DNA of 64,000 bases from the IMG/VR virus record IMGVR_UViG_3300020474_000993; one strand, given 5' to 3'. Positions 37,911 through 46,874 of the stretch are shown piece after piece. The first letter of the stretch is position 1; the number at the start of each line of letters is the position of its first letter. This stretch comes from a virus. A program made the position numbers and the translations under genes. Under the pieces are notes generated by a model that did not search any database, had not been told where the DNA came from, and saw only the letters and a list, made by a program, of their open reading frames with translations.

Positions 37911-39709
37911 TGGCGACAGAAGATTATTTAGGAATTAGGATAGACAAAGAGAGAGACCAATTATTTGATAAATTGGGTATCCAGCGTCTACAAGAAAGTT
38001 ACATGAAAGAGGACGAAGACAGTCCACAACAGAGGTTTGCTTTTGTGAGCAAACAATTCTCATCAAATGATGAACACGCACAGAGATTATATGATTACGC
38101 GAGTAAACATTGGTTGTCTTACTCTACACCTATCCTATCATTTGGTAGGTCTAAAAAAGGTCTGCCTATTTCATGTTTTCTCAATTATATAAACGATACA
38201 GCGGAGGGATTAGTTGAAAATTTATCGGAAACAAATTGGCTTAGTATGCTTGGTGGCGGTGTTGGTATTGGGTTTGGTATCCGAGCTAGCGATGATAAGT
38301 CTACTGGTGTCTTGCCACACCTCAAAACATATGACTCAAGTAGTCTGGCATACAGACAGGGTAGAACACGAAGGGGTAGTTATGCCGCTTACCTCGACAT
38401 TAGTCACCCCGATATTACAATGTTTCTCGAAATGCGTAAACCAACAGGAGACCAAAACCTTAGATGCCTAAATTTACACCACGGTGTAAACATTAGTGAT
38501 AGGTTTATGGAAATAATTGAACGGTGTATGTCAGACCCAACTGCTGATGATAGGTGGAACTTGACAGACCCACATACAGGTGAGGTAAGAGACACGGTAT
38601 CAGCAAAAGCATTATGGCAAAAGATACTAGAGATGAGAATGGAAACAGGTGAACCTTATTTACATTTTGTTGATGCTAGTAATCGTGGACTACCAGAGTG
38701 GTTGAAAGAAAAAGGATTAAAAATTAGTCAATCTAATCTTTGTTCAGAGATTATACTACCAACAAATGAAAATAGAACTGCCGTGTGTTGTCTCTCATCT
38801 GTTAACTTAGAACACTATGACGCATGGTCAAAAAGTACCACATTCTTAAAAGATGTGGCAGAGATGCTGGATAATGTATTACAGTATTTCATTGAGAACG
38901 CACCACCTACAGTTTCTAGGGCAGTTTATTCTGCCAAACAAGAACGCAGTATAGGTATTGGTGCTTTGGGATTCCATGCTTACCTACAGAAGAACAGTAT
39001 TCCATTTGAGGGTTTCATGGCGAAATCCACTAATATAAGAATGTTTAAATTAATAAGAGGAAAACTTGATGAAGCAAACTTGGACTTGGGTAAAGAAAGA
39101 GGGGAGGCTATTGATGCGAAGGGGACAGGAAGAAGATTTAGCCATGTTATGGCTATCGCTCCTAATGCTAGTAGTTCTATTATTATGGGAAACACCTCGC
39201 CGTCTATTGAACCTTATCGTGCAAACGCTTACCGACAAGACACATTATCGGGAGCGTATCTCAATAAGAATAAGCATCTTGATGTTATCATTAAAGATAA
39301 ATGCGAAGAAAATAAAAGACTCAATTACGACCAGATTTGGTCATCAATAATTGCTAATGATGGTTCAGTACAACATGTGCCATGCCTTGACAACAAAGAA
39401 AAAGAAGTATACAAAACTGCCATGGAAATTGACCAACGATGGGTAGTAGAACACGCATCTACTAGACAGGAATGGATTGACCAAGGACAGTCAGTTAATC
39501 TATTCTTTAGACCAGATGTCAACATTAAATATTTACATGCAATACATTATCTAGCGTGGAAACAGGGCATGAAAACTTTATATTACTGTAGGTCTGAGAA
39601 GTTGGGGAAAGCAGACAAGGTATCTAAACGCATAGAAAGAGAAGTAATCAAAGAGATTGATTTTCAGAGTATGATAGCTGGTGAAGACTGTGTTGCTTGC
39701 GAAGGATAA
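37910..39709 (+). CDS. nrdA: Class I ribonucleotide reductase alpha subunit (short, no ATP cone)
   Basis: PISCFL, GGGVG, SNLCSEI, AVCCLSS, AIAPNASSS, KTLYYCRS, C-terminal CVACEG. Confidence 0.96.
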   Translation: MATEDYLGIRIDKERDQLFDKLGIQRLQESYMKEDEDSPQQRFAFVSKQFSSNDEHAQRLYDYASKHWLSYSTPILSFGRSKKGLPISCFLNYINDTAEGLVENLSETNWLSMLGGGVGIGFGIRASDDKSTGVLPHLKTYDSSSLAYRQGRTRRGSYAAYLDISHPDITMFLEMRKPTGDQNLRCLNLHHGVNISDRFMEIIERCMSDPTADDRWNLTDPHTGEVRDTVSAKALWQKILEMRMETGEPYLHFVDASNRGLPEWLKEKGLKISQSNLCSEIILPTNENRTAVCCLSSVNLEHYDAWSKSTTFLKDVAEMLDNVLQYFIENAPPTVSRAVYSAKQERSIGIGALGFHAYLQKNSIPFEGFMAKSTNIRMFKLIRGKLDEANLDLGKERGEAIDAKGTGRRFSHVMAIAPNASSSIIMGNTSPSIEPYRANAYRQDTLSGAYLNKNKHLDVIIKDKCEENKRLNYDQIWSSIIANDGSVQHVPCLDNKEKEVYKTAMEIDQRWVVEHASTRQEWIDQGQSVNLFFRPDVNIKYLHAIHYLAWKQGMKTLYYCRSEKLGKADKVSKRIEREVIKEIDFQSMIAGEDCVACEG

Positions 39710-40319
39710 GTTAGAAAAAGACATACCACTAAATAAAAGGATTGCAGTTTTATTAAGTGGTGGATGGGACAGTGCTGTTATGTGGTACATGGTCAAATCT
39801 ATATGTATGGAACGCAATCAAGAATGTAACCCCTTTACCGTACCGAAGATAGATGGTGCGGAACATTATGCTAATAAGGTCTTAGAATGGTCTTCAGACC
39901 GTCTAGGACACGCTCTAATGACTACAACTTTAGTCGGGGATGTATCATCCGATAATCCTTCAGACTATGTTACAAGTGGTGGTTGGGATATATGGAACAG
40001 GGGTTTGGGAGAACATTTATTCAGTGCAGTAAATGCTTATCCACCTAATCAGAGGTCTATGTTACCAGAGGGTTATCCCTTACCCAATGATAGATTTCAA
40101 AAAACAGATGAACATAAACATTTGAGTCAACCTTTTGCTGAATTAACAAAAGATGCAATAGTACAGTTGGGGTTTGACTTAGGTATAGCGAATGAAATTG
40201 CGCCCATTACGCATAGTTGTACCGAATTAAATAGAGGTAGATGTAATAACTGCTGGTGGTGTAAAGAAAGAGAATGGGCATTTAAACAAATTGGACAGGA
40301 AGATATTGGAGAGAATTGA
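39681..40319 (+). CDS. QueC-like PP-loop ATPase
   Basis: LLSGGWDSA; PF..LTK; THSC...C..CWWC.ER. Confidence 0.7.
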   Translation: MKTVLLAKDKLEKDIPLNKRIAVLLSGGWDSAVMWYMVKSICMERNQECNPFTVPKIDGAEHYANKVLEWSSDRLGHALMTTTLVGDVSSDNPSDYVTSGGWDIWNRGLGEHLFSAVNAYPPNQRSMLPEGYPLPNDRFQKTDEHKHLSQPFAELTKDAIVQLGFDLGIANEIAPITHSCTELNRGRCNNCWWCKEREWAFKQIGQEDIGEN

Positions 40320-41308
40320 TGGCCCCTAAACAAGATTTAACAAGTAAAAGAGAATATTTTAAACCATTTAATTACCCTTGGGCTTATGATGCATGGTTAA
40401 AACACGAGCAATCTCATTGGTTGCACACAGAGGTTCCTATGGCAGAAGATGTCAAGGATTGGAAAGAACGATTGACAACTAATGAGAAATCATTTCTTAC
40501 GAATATATTTCGATTTTTTACACAAGGTGATATAGATGTGGCAGATGGGTATGTAACTAATTACCTACCATATTTTCCACAACCAGAGGTACGAATGATG
40601 TTGTCTGGATTTGCCGCTAGAGAAGCATTACATGTTGCCGCCTACTCACACTTAATAGAAACCCTTGGGATGCCCGAGAGTACATACAGTGAGTTCTTGG
40701 AGTATCAAGCAATGGCAGATAAACATGAGTACTTCATGGACTTATCAAAAGCAAATGGAACAAAAGAAAGTGTTGCTACAAACATCGCCGCCTTTAGTGC
40801 ATTTACTGAGGGTATGCAATTGTTCTCTTCATTTATCATGTTGTTGAACTTCCCACGCCACGGTAAAATGAAAGGTATGGGTCAGATTGTTACATGGTCT
40901 ATTGTAGATGAAACTATGCACGCTGAGTCTATGATTAAGTTGTTTAGGACATACATAGAGGAGAACAGGTCACTATGGAAAGATTCTCTCAAGAAAGAAA
41001 TATATACTATTGCCGAGAACATGGTGGAACTAGAGGAAAAGTTTATTGACCTTGCATTTGCTATGGGCCCGATGGAGAATCTAAAACCAGAAGATGTTAA
41101 AACATACATTCGATACATTGCAGACAGGAGACTTATTAGTTTAGGTATGAGAGGAATATTCAAAGTAAAACGCAATCCGCTACTGTGGGTTGAGGAAATG
41201 ATTAACGCACCGACACATACAAACTTCTTTGAAAATAGAGCAACAGACTACGCTAGGGGGGCGCTTCAAGGTAAGTGGGATGATGTTTGGGGAACAGCGG
41301 CACAATAA
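40319..41308 (+). CDS. nrdB: Ribonucleotide reductase beta subunit
   Basis: KPFNYPW, FFTQGD, EALHVAAY, EGMQLFSSF, DETMH, NFFENRATDY. Confidence 0.96.
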   Translation: MAPKQDLTSKREYFKPFNYPWAYDAWLKHEQSHWLHTEVPMAEDVKDWKERLTTNEKSFLTNIFRFFTQGDIDVADGYVTNYLPYFPQPEVRMMLSGFAAREALHVAAYSHLIETLGMPESTYSEFLEYQAMADKHEYFMDLSKANGTKESVATNIAAFSAFTEGMQLFSSFIMLLNFPRHGKMKGMGQIVTWSIVDETMHAESMIKLFRTYIEENRSLWKDSLKKEIYTIAENMVELEEKFIDLAFAMGPMENLKPEDVKTYIRYIADRRLISLGMRGIFKVKRNPLLWVEEMINAPTHTNFFENRATDYARGALQGKWDDVWGTAAQ

Positions 41309-41490
41309 TGTCAGACCCTTCAAAGATAATAGAATGTGAAAGTTGTGATGCAGTTTACAGGATTAAACATGATATGTCAGTGTCGCATTATCGCGTGACA
41401 TATTGTACATTTTGTGGTTCTAGGTTAGAACTTGAAGAAGAATTAGAACAAGAAGATTGGGATAAAGAGGAAGTATTAGAGGATTGGTAA
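41308..41490 (+). CDS. Small zinc-ribbon protein
   Basis: CESC...CTFCG, acidic tail. Confidence 0.65.
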   Translation: MSDPSKIIECESCDAVYRIKHDMSVSHYRVTYCTFCGSRLELEEELEQEDWDKEEVLEDW

Positions 41491-41921
41491 TGGATAAGTT
41501 TGACAAAGCGCATATGCAGACTGCTAAAGTATATGCTAAATTGTCACCAGCAAGAAGACTAAAAGTTGGTGCGATTTTGGTTAGAGAAGGTAGGATTATT
41601 TCGATAGGATATAACGGTACACCTTCTGGATGGGACAATGATTGTGAATATGCTAAACGAGGTGCATTGACAGGAAACATCGTGGAGTTGGTTACTAAAC
41701 CAGAAGTCTTACACGCGGAGACAAATGCAATTGCTAAGGTTGCTAGGTCTACAGAGAGTGCTGAGGGTTCGGTGTTGTATACTACACACGCACCATGTTT
41801 GGAATGTTCTAAATTGATATATCAGTCTGGTATAGTTTCAGTTTATTACGAAAAAGAATACAGGTCACAGGAAGGAATTAAGTTTTTAAAGAAATCTGGA
41901 ATCCCAGTTTTCAATATGTAG
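41490..41921 (+). CDS. dCMP deaminase
   Basis: KVGAILV, GYNGTPSG, HAETNAI, PCLEC. Confidence 0.93.
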   Translation: MDKFDKAHMQTAKVYAKLSPARRLKVGAILVREGRIISIGYNGTPSGWDNDCEYAKRGALTGNIVELVTKPEVLHAETNAIAKVARSTESAEGSVLYTTHAPCLECSKLIYQSGIVSVYYEKEYRSQEGIKFLKKSGIPVFNM

Positions 41922-41929
41922 GAGAAATA

Positions 41930-42604
41930 ATGGAAGTAGAATTTTATGGGTACGAGTTGAAACATGATGAAAGTTGTTTTACACCAACAACAATAACAAA
42001 GTACACAGCAATTAATGTGCCGGTGGAAGGCAAGAAGGTATTAGACCTTGGGTGTGGTATTGGCCCACTTGCCATATACTACGCTAAAAATGGTGCTGAA
42101 TCGGTGACTGCTGTTGATGTGTATGATAAACACTGTTACTACACAATGATTAATTCTGCTACTAATAATGTTCAAGACAAAGTAAAAGTTGTACAGAGTG
42201 ATTTGTTTGAAAACATTGATGAGAAATTTGATATCATATCATGTGATGTATCTGGTGTAGACAGGAGAGTTGCAGAAATGACAGGTTGGTTTCCAAATGG
42301 AGTACCAACCGCAGACGAAACAGGTGCAGATATAATATGCCGTGCAATCAAAGATGCCCCCAATTATCTAAATGAGGGTGGTGATTTTTATTTGTGTACT
42401 GCTCAGTTTTCAGACTTACAAAAGATACAAGTACAGATGGCCCAGACTCAAGGGTTGAATCAAGGGGAGAAAGTATTTGAGAAGTCTATACCTTTTTCAA
42501 GACGGTTGTTAGAAAATATAGATAACCTAGACCCCAAACATTACAATAAGAAAGGGTCAAGATATTTTTGGAACTTTGGTTTATGGCGCATGGGATTGTT
42601 GTGA
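41930..42604 (+). CDS. Class I SAM-dependent methyltransferase (HemK/PrmC-like)
   Basis: VLDLGCGIG, AVDV, SDLFE...FDII. Confidence 0.85.
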   Translation: MEVEFYGYELKHDESCFTPTTITKYTAINVPVEGKKVLDLGCGIGPLAIYYAKNGAESVTAVDVYDKHCYYTMINSATNNVQDKVKVVQSDLFENIDEKFDIISCDVSGVDRRVAEMTGWFPNGVPTADETGADIICRAIKDAPNYLNEGGDFYLCTAQFSDLQKIQVQMAQTQGLNQGEKVFEKSIPFSRRLLENIDNLDPKHYNKKGSRYFWNFGLWRMGLL

Positions 42605-42870
42605 AAAAACTTTTAACATTATTTTTATTGTCGAGTGGTTGTGCTTCTAATCCACATCTAGATTTAAAAAGAGGTAATGGATACGGTGACGAATATTGTC
42701 CTACAAGTGGATATCTTCTCATAGGTTCTGTATCAGGAGTAGGTGCTGGAGTTATCTCTGGTTCAGCTGCAACAGGTGGTATAGTAGCACTTGTAACTGG
42801 ATTTTTTATATGGGGTAATACTGTTCCTTGGCATGAAGTTAATTGTGAACCTATAGAGGAAAATGAATGA
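42601..42870 (+). CDS. Small lipoprotein with a glycine-zipper-like segment
   Basis: MKKLLTLFLLSSGC lipobox; GSVSGVGAGVISG. Confidence 0.6.
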   Translation: MKKLLTLFLLSSGCASNPHLDLKRGNGYGDEYCPTSGYLLIGSVSGVGAGVISGSAATGGIVALVTGFFIWGNTVPWHEVNCEPIEENE

Positions 42871-43163
42871 AGAAACTTACTACATTATGGATGATTTTTC
42901 TATGGTTTTTATTACTACCTATCATAGCATTCATACCACATTCTAATTGCTGGTACTACTCTGTAAAGAGATGGATATTGGAGGGGTTTAAAGGTAAAGT
43001 CATTCCAGTTGAAAGTAGAAGATGGAGAGGATATCATTGTGTCTATCAAGATGTAGATGGTGTTCTATGGGAGTATACACTAAAGAAAATGCCTAGGTTT
43101 ATGCCATGGTGGAAACTTATAGTATACAGAGGTATTGAAAGAAAGTATCGTGGAAAAGTTTGA
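42867..43163 (+). CDS. Membrane-anchored hypothetical protein
   Basis: N-terminal TM helix; Trp-rich. Confidence 0.55.
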   Translation: MKKLTTLWMIFLWFLLLPIIAFIPHSNCWYYSVKRWILEGFKGKVIPVESRRWRGYHCVYQDVDGVLWEYTLKKMPRFMPWWKLIVYRGIERKYRGKV

Positions 43164-43767
43164 AGACATTCCTACTATGGGCCCAGAATGGGACTTTAGA
43201 CAGATAGTAAAGGATTTGCCCAAACAAGGGAATTTATTGGAGATAGGTAGTTTTTTGGGTGCATCTGCTATTGCTTTTGCTAGAGAGTTTAAATCCGCGA
43301 AGAAACAATGGAACATACATTGTGTTGATATGTTTAGAGGTATGGAAGCACTTGGGCCAACTCCAAAGATTCGTGAATACATGAAAAAATTCACAATGGA
43401 TGAAGAACTACACTTGAAGTTATTTAAAAAAAATATAGAAAAGTGGGATAATATAACATGGGAAAAAACATGGTTGGGTACAGAACTGGAAATTGAAGAT
43501 TACGAACCACCATTTAAGGCAACAGCTTTATTTTATGATGGAGACCATAAATATCAACCATTAATGAGGTTCCTAGAATCTCACTGTAAAAATATACCTT
43601 ACCTTTTTATAGCTGATTATGAATTGAACTTCAAAGGAACAATCAAAGCAGTTGATGAATATGTTACAAAATATAATAAACAACTTATTGTACTTAATTG
43701 TGCTAGATGGAACCCAAAGATTATGGTAAGATTTGAACATGAGTCCCCAGTGGCGTGTATATTATGA
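43135..43767 (+). CDS. Class I SAM-dependent methyltransferase (Methyltransf_24-like)
   Basis: LEIGSFLGAS, CVDMF, FYDGDHKY. Confidence 0.8.
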   Translation: MKESIVEKFEDIPTMGPEWDFRQIVKDLPKQGNLLEIGSFLGASAIAFAREFKSAKKQWNIHCVDMFRGMEALGPTPKIREYMKKFTMDEELHLKLFKKNIEKWDNITWEKTWLGTELEIEDYEPPFKATALFYDGDHKYQPLMRFLESHCKNIPYLFIADYELNFKGTIKAVDEYVTKYNKQLIVLNCARWNPKIMVRFEHESPVACIL

Positions 43768-44399
43768 ATTACTTAGACTTTTTAGAAAAGAATGTTTTTA
43801 GTGGTAGAGTAGAAAATCAATCTGTATTAGAACTTGGTGCTTTGAATAGTAAAATAACTAATGTTATTGGTAGGTGTAATCCAAATTCAATATACACAGT
43901 AGACCCAGAGTCTTCTGGCAAACCAGATTTTAGGGGTACTGCTAATGATTTTTATGCTGCTGACCATTTTACAGAACCATATGATGTTGTGGTGTGCATG
44001 GGATTATTATATCATTTGCACAGTCCTTGGCATTTAATAGAATTAATTATTAATCATTCTCGACCAAAGATATTAATATTAGAAACTGCTCATAGTATTA
44101 GACACTCCGCTGGAGTAACAGTTGACTATGAAGAATATAATACATTTGGTAATGCCTACGCAGATAAAGAAATAAAATACCCCATAAAAAGGAGGAGTGC
44201 TGTCGTAAAAGAAGATTGGATTGATGGAATACAAACAACACCATTGAAATTAGAACAGTTGTGGGACTATAATGAAATGGATGGATTTTTTGAACAGGAT
44301 AAGTTCTTCACACAATCAAAAAGAAATATGTGGATGGGGGTATTTAAATGGGAAAATCGATATGTCGGTGGACAATTACGATATCGAATGGCAAAATAG
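43764..44399 (+). CDS. Class I SAM-dependent methyltransferase
   Basis: VLELGA, YDVVVCMGLLYHLHSP, LILET. Confidence 0.8.
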   Translation: MNYLDFLEKNVFSGRVENQSVLELGALNSKITNVIGRCNPNSIYTVDPESSGKPDFRGTANDFYAADHFTEPYDVVVCMGLLYHLHSPWHLIELIINHSRPKILILETAHSIRHSAGVTVDYEEYNTFGNAYADKEIKYPIKRRSAVVKEDWIDGIQTTPLKLEQLWDYNEMDGFFEQDKFFTQSKRNMWMGVFKWENRYVGGQLRYRMAK

Positions 44400-44410
44400 G
44401 GAGTGTTTAA

Positions 44411-44593
44411 ATGGGAAAATTAAGTAAATGGTTATATGACAAAATGGAACCATACAGAGAATGGCAAGATACTTTGCCTTTTTGGAAACGATTGCTGGTT
44501 GAAATTATCGGAATCATAGTAATAACATCACCATTCATATTTTTAATATGGTTAATAACAGGAGAGGTATGGATATTCCTACCTAGTGCGTAA
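44411..44593 (+). CDS. Small membrane protein
   Basis: GGGAG RBS; hydrophobic C-terminal half. Confidence 0.55.
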   Translation: MGKLSKWLYDKMEPYREWQDTLPFWKRLLVEIIGIIVITSPFIFLIWLITGEVWIFLPSA

Positions 44594-44594
44594 C

Positions 44595-44798
44595 ATGGCA
44601 AAAATAAAAAAACCAATAAATTTTAACAATAAGAAACCAAAGATTAAAACTGTGCCGAAGGAAGAGGCGTGGGAGAGATTATGGGGTTCTGAAAACACCA
44701 TAAATAGTAGTTCCATAAGTGAGGAATTACCAGATGGTTATGAATGGAACGAAAAGAAAACGAAAATCATCCCGAAAGAAAGTACCGAAGACTCATAG
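44595..44798 (+). CDS. Hypothetical protein
   Basis: Short ORF in operon context. Confidence 0.45.
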   Translation: MAKIKKPINFNNKKPKIKTVPKEEAWERLWGSENTINSSSISEELPDGYEWNEKKTKIIPKESTEDS

Positions 44799-45093
44799 AG
44801 TTTATTGTACATACTTTCCAGATGGGAGATACTACATAGGTTACTCATGCAAGACCGAAAAGTTGTATGAAAAATATTATGGTAGCTCTAATATAGTAAA
44901 AGAGTATGAAGGTGAACTAACCAAAGAAACCATTGTCGAGTATAATACCAGAGCTCCTGCCAAGATACAGGAATTCTTGTTACAATGGCAACAACGCAAA
45001 GACGAAAACTGTTTGAACGATATGATTCATATAAGACTAAGAATGAGTTATTTAAAAGATTTTGAACCAATAGAATGGTCACCACAGTGTTAG
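44740..45093 (+). CDS. Stand-alone GIY-YIG (Seg-like) nuclease domain
   Basis: RVYCTY...RYYIGYS...YYGSS...KETI...E...CLN. Confidence 0.65.
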   Translation: MNGTKRKRKSSRKKVPKTHRVYCTYFPDGRYYIGYSCKTEKLYEKYYGSSNIVKEYEGELTKETIVEYNTRAPAKIQEFLLQWQQRKDENCLNDMIHIRLRMSYLKDFEPIEWSPQC

Positions 45094-45545
45094 TACTGGA
45101 GACTAGTAAACACGCATTTGGAATAATGGGTAGGTGTGGTTCTACTGCTATGATACGGCGGTCTAAAAAGACACGCGAAACTAATACCAGAACATATGAT
45201 TTCTGGAATGAATTAGAGAAAGAAAAATATATTATTCTGAGGAACCCTATCACTAGGTGGTACTCAGCTGAAAATTCTGGCATGGGTATAGACCCATATC
45301 ACGCTTTGCCTTACATGCATAATATTGATTGGGCTAAAGTTACTGGTATAATACCTTTTGAAGATTTGGAAACTTATTTACCAAGGGGTAATTTTATATC
45401 TAGGGGCAGTGGTAGAGTATATAAGGGAAACCAACCATCGTCTGTAATAGACCATGAGTTGACTTTATATCACATTATGAGAAAGAACAAACCAGTTCTT
45501 ATGCCAGATAAGTTTAAGGAGATAGTAAAAGAATGGGATTATTGA
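45075..45545 (+). CDS. Sulfotransferase-like hypothetical protein
   Basis: GRCGSTAM (5'-PSB-like) and ILRNPITRWYS (3'-PB-like). Confidence 0.45.
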   Translation: MVTTVLVLETSKHAFGIMGRCGSTAMIRRSKKTRETNTRTYDFWNELEKEKYIILRNPITRWYSAENSGMGIDPYHALPYMHNIDWAKVTGIIPFEDLETYLPRGNFISRGSGRVYKGNQPSSVIDHELTLYHIMRKNKPVLMPDKFKEIVKEWDY

Positions 45546-46873
45546 TAGGATTATTATTCTCAGCATTAGCAGTATCGGTAGTTGCCGCTTACTTTTCTAT
45601 TGTTGGGTTGATGGCAATTTTTAGTGGACTACCACAGTCTATATTTGCTATGGGTGCGGTGTTAGAAATTGCAAAATTAGTTACAGCGTCATGGGTGTAT
45701 CAGTATTGGAACAAGACACAATTTTTAATGAAGACATACATGGTGGCTGCTGTTGTTATATTATCAATTATTACATCCGTTGGCATTTTTGGATTCCTAT
45801 CTAAAGCACACCTAGACCAATCAGCTTCTACTGGTGACGCAGTGGCACAAGTCGAGAGGATACAAGACCTAGTACAACGAGAACAGGTAAGAATAACCAC
45901 AGCAGAAGAACAAATAGACCGTATCCAGAAAGGTGGTGTTCTGGATGTGTCAGAGAGTATCAAACAACAAGAGGAAATAAGAAACACGGCATGGGACAGA
46001 ATACAGGATGATGTCCAGTACGCAGAAAATCAAATCGCAAAGATACGAGAATCACTGGAGTCTGATTTAAGTAAGAAACAATCAGAGTTAGATGCTCTTG
46101 ATGATATAGTAAAATCATATACAGAACAAGGCACCACTGGTGGCGTATTCACTAGGGAAGATAATGTAGCGAAGGGTATAGAAATTAGAGAGACACAGAA
46201 ACCAGAGAGGGATAGGATTGCCCTTGAAATGGGTGAACTGAGAGGATACGCAGAGACACAGATTGCTGGATATCGTAATAACATAAAAGGATATCGGGAT
46301 TCGGTACAGAGTACTATTGATGGTGCGGATAGAGAAATAAACAGATTAAGAGAACAGGGTGCTGATGACCAAGCATCCAGAGATGAACAAATTGACACTA
46401 TACAAGGCAGAATTGATAGTGCGTATATAAAGATTGATGATTATAACATTGAGTTGTTTGATAAACAATCTATTGTAAGGGACATAGAAAAAGAAGTAGG
46501 CCCAATTAAGTATGTTGCCCAGTTGCTCTATGGTAACAGTGGTGCTGGTGCGGTAGATAATGCCGTTACTATTCTTATTCTATTGCTAGTGTTTGTATTT
46601 GACCCATTGGCGATTATGTTAGTACTTGCAGCCAACCTTAGTTTTAAGGAAAGGCAAGGGGAACTCATAACACCAATGTCAGTTGACGAAACAGTAGTTG
46701 AAGAGCAGATAATACCAGAGGAAGAACCATCGGGTATGCCTAGCGATGATTTACCAGAAATGGCGGATTGGGTCAAGGATAAGTATGGGACTAGCTCTGG
46801 GGTGGACAACCTTCCAGAACACGATAAAAGAAAATTGGAATGGTTGATTGATAAACGAAAAAACATGGAGTAA
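45533..46873 (+). CDS. Multi-TM coiled-coil membrane protein
   Basis: AAYFSIVGL..IF...LE.AKLV; GIFGFLSKAH; EVGPIKY; VFDPLAI. Confidence 0.75.
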   Translation: MGLLIGLLFSALAVSVVAAYFSIVGLMAIFSGLPQSIFAMGAVLEIAKLVTASWVYQYWNKTQFLMKTYMVAAVVILSIITSVGIFGFLSKAHLDQSASTGDAVAQVERIQDLVQREQVRITTAEEQIDRIQKGGVLDVSESIKQQEEIRNTAWDRIQDDVQYAENQIAKIRESLESDLSKKQSELDALDDIVKSYTEQGTTGGVFTREDNVAKGIEIRETQKPERDRIALEMGELRGYAETQIAGYRNNIKGYRDSVQSTIDGADREINRLREQGADDQASRDEQIDTIQGRIDSAYIKIDDYNIELFDKQSIVRDIEKEVGPIKYVAQLLYGNSGAGAVDNAVTILILLLVFVFDPLAIMLVLAANLSFKERQGELITPMSVDETVVEEQIIPEEEPSGMPSDDLPEMADWVKDKYGTSSGVDNLPEHDKRKLEWLIDKRKNME

Positions 46874-46874
46874 A

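Noticed and set aside
12861-41308. Introns or inteins in gp43, gp41, nrdA, nrdB and thyX
   Set aside because: All are continuous ORFs of ordinary or short length without intein motifs.
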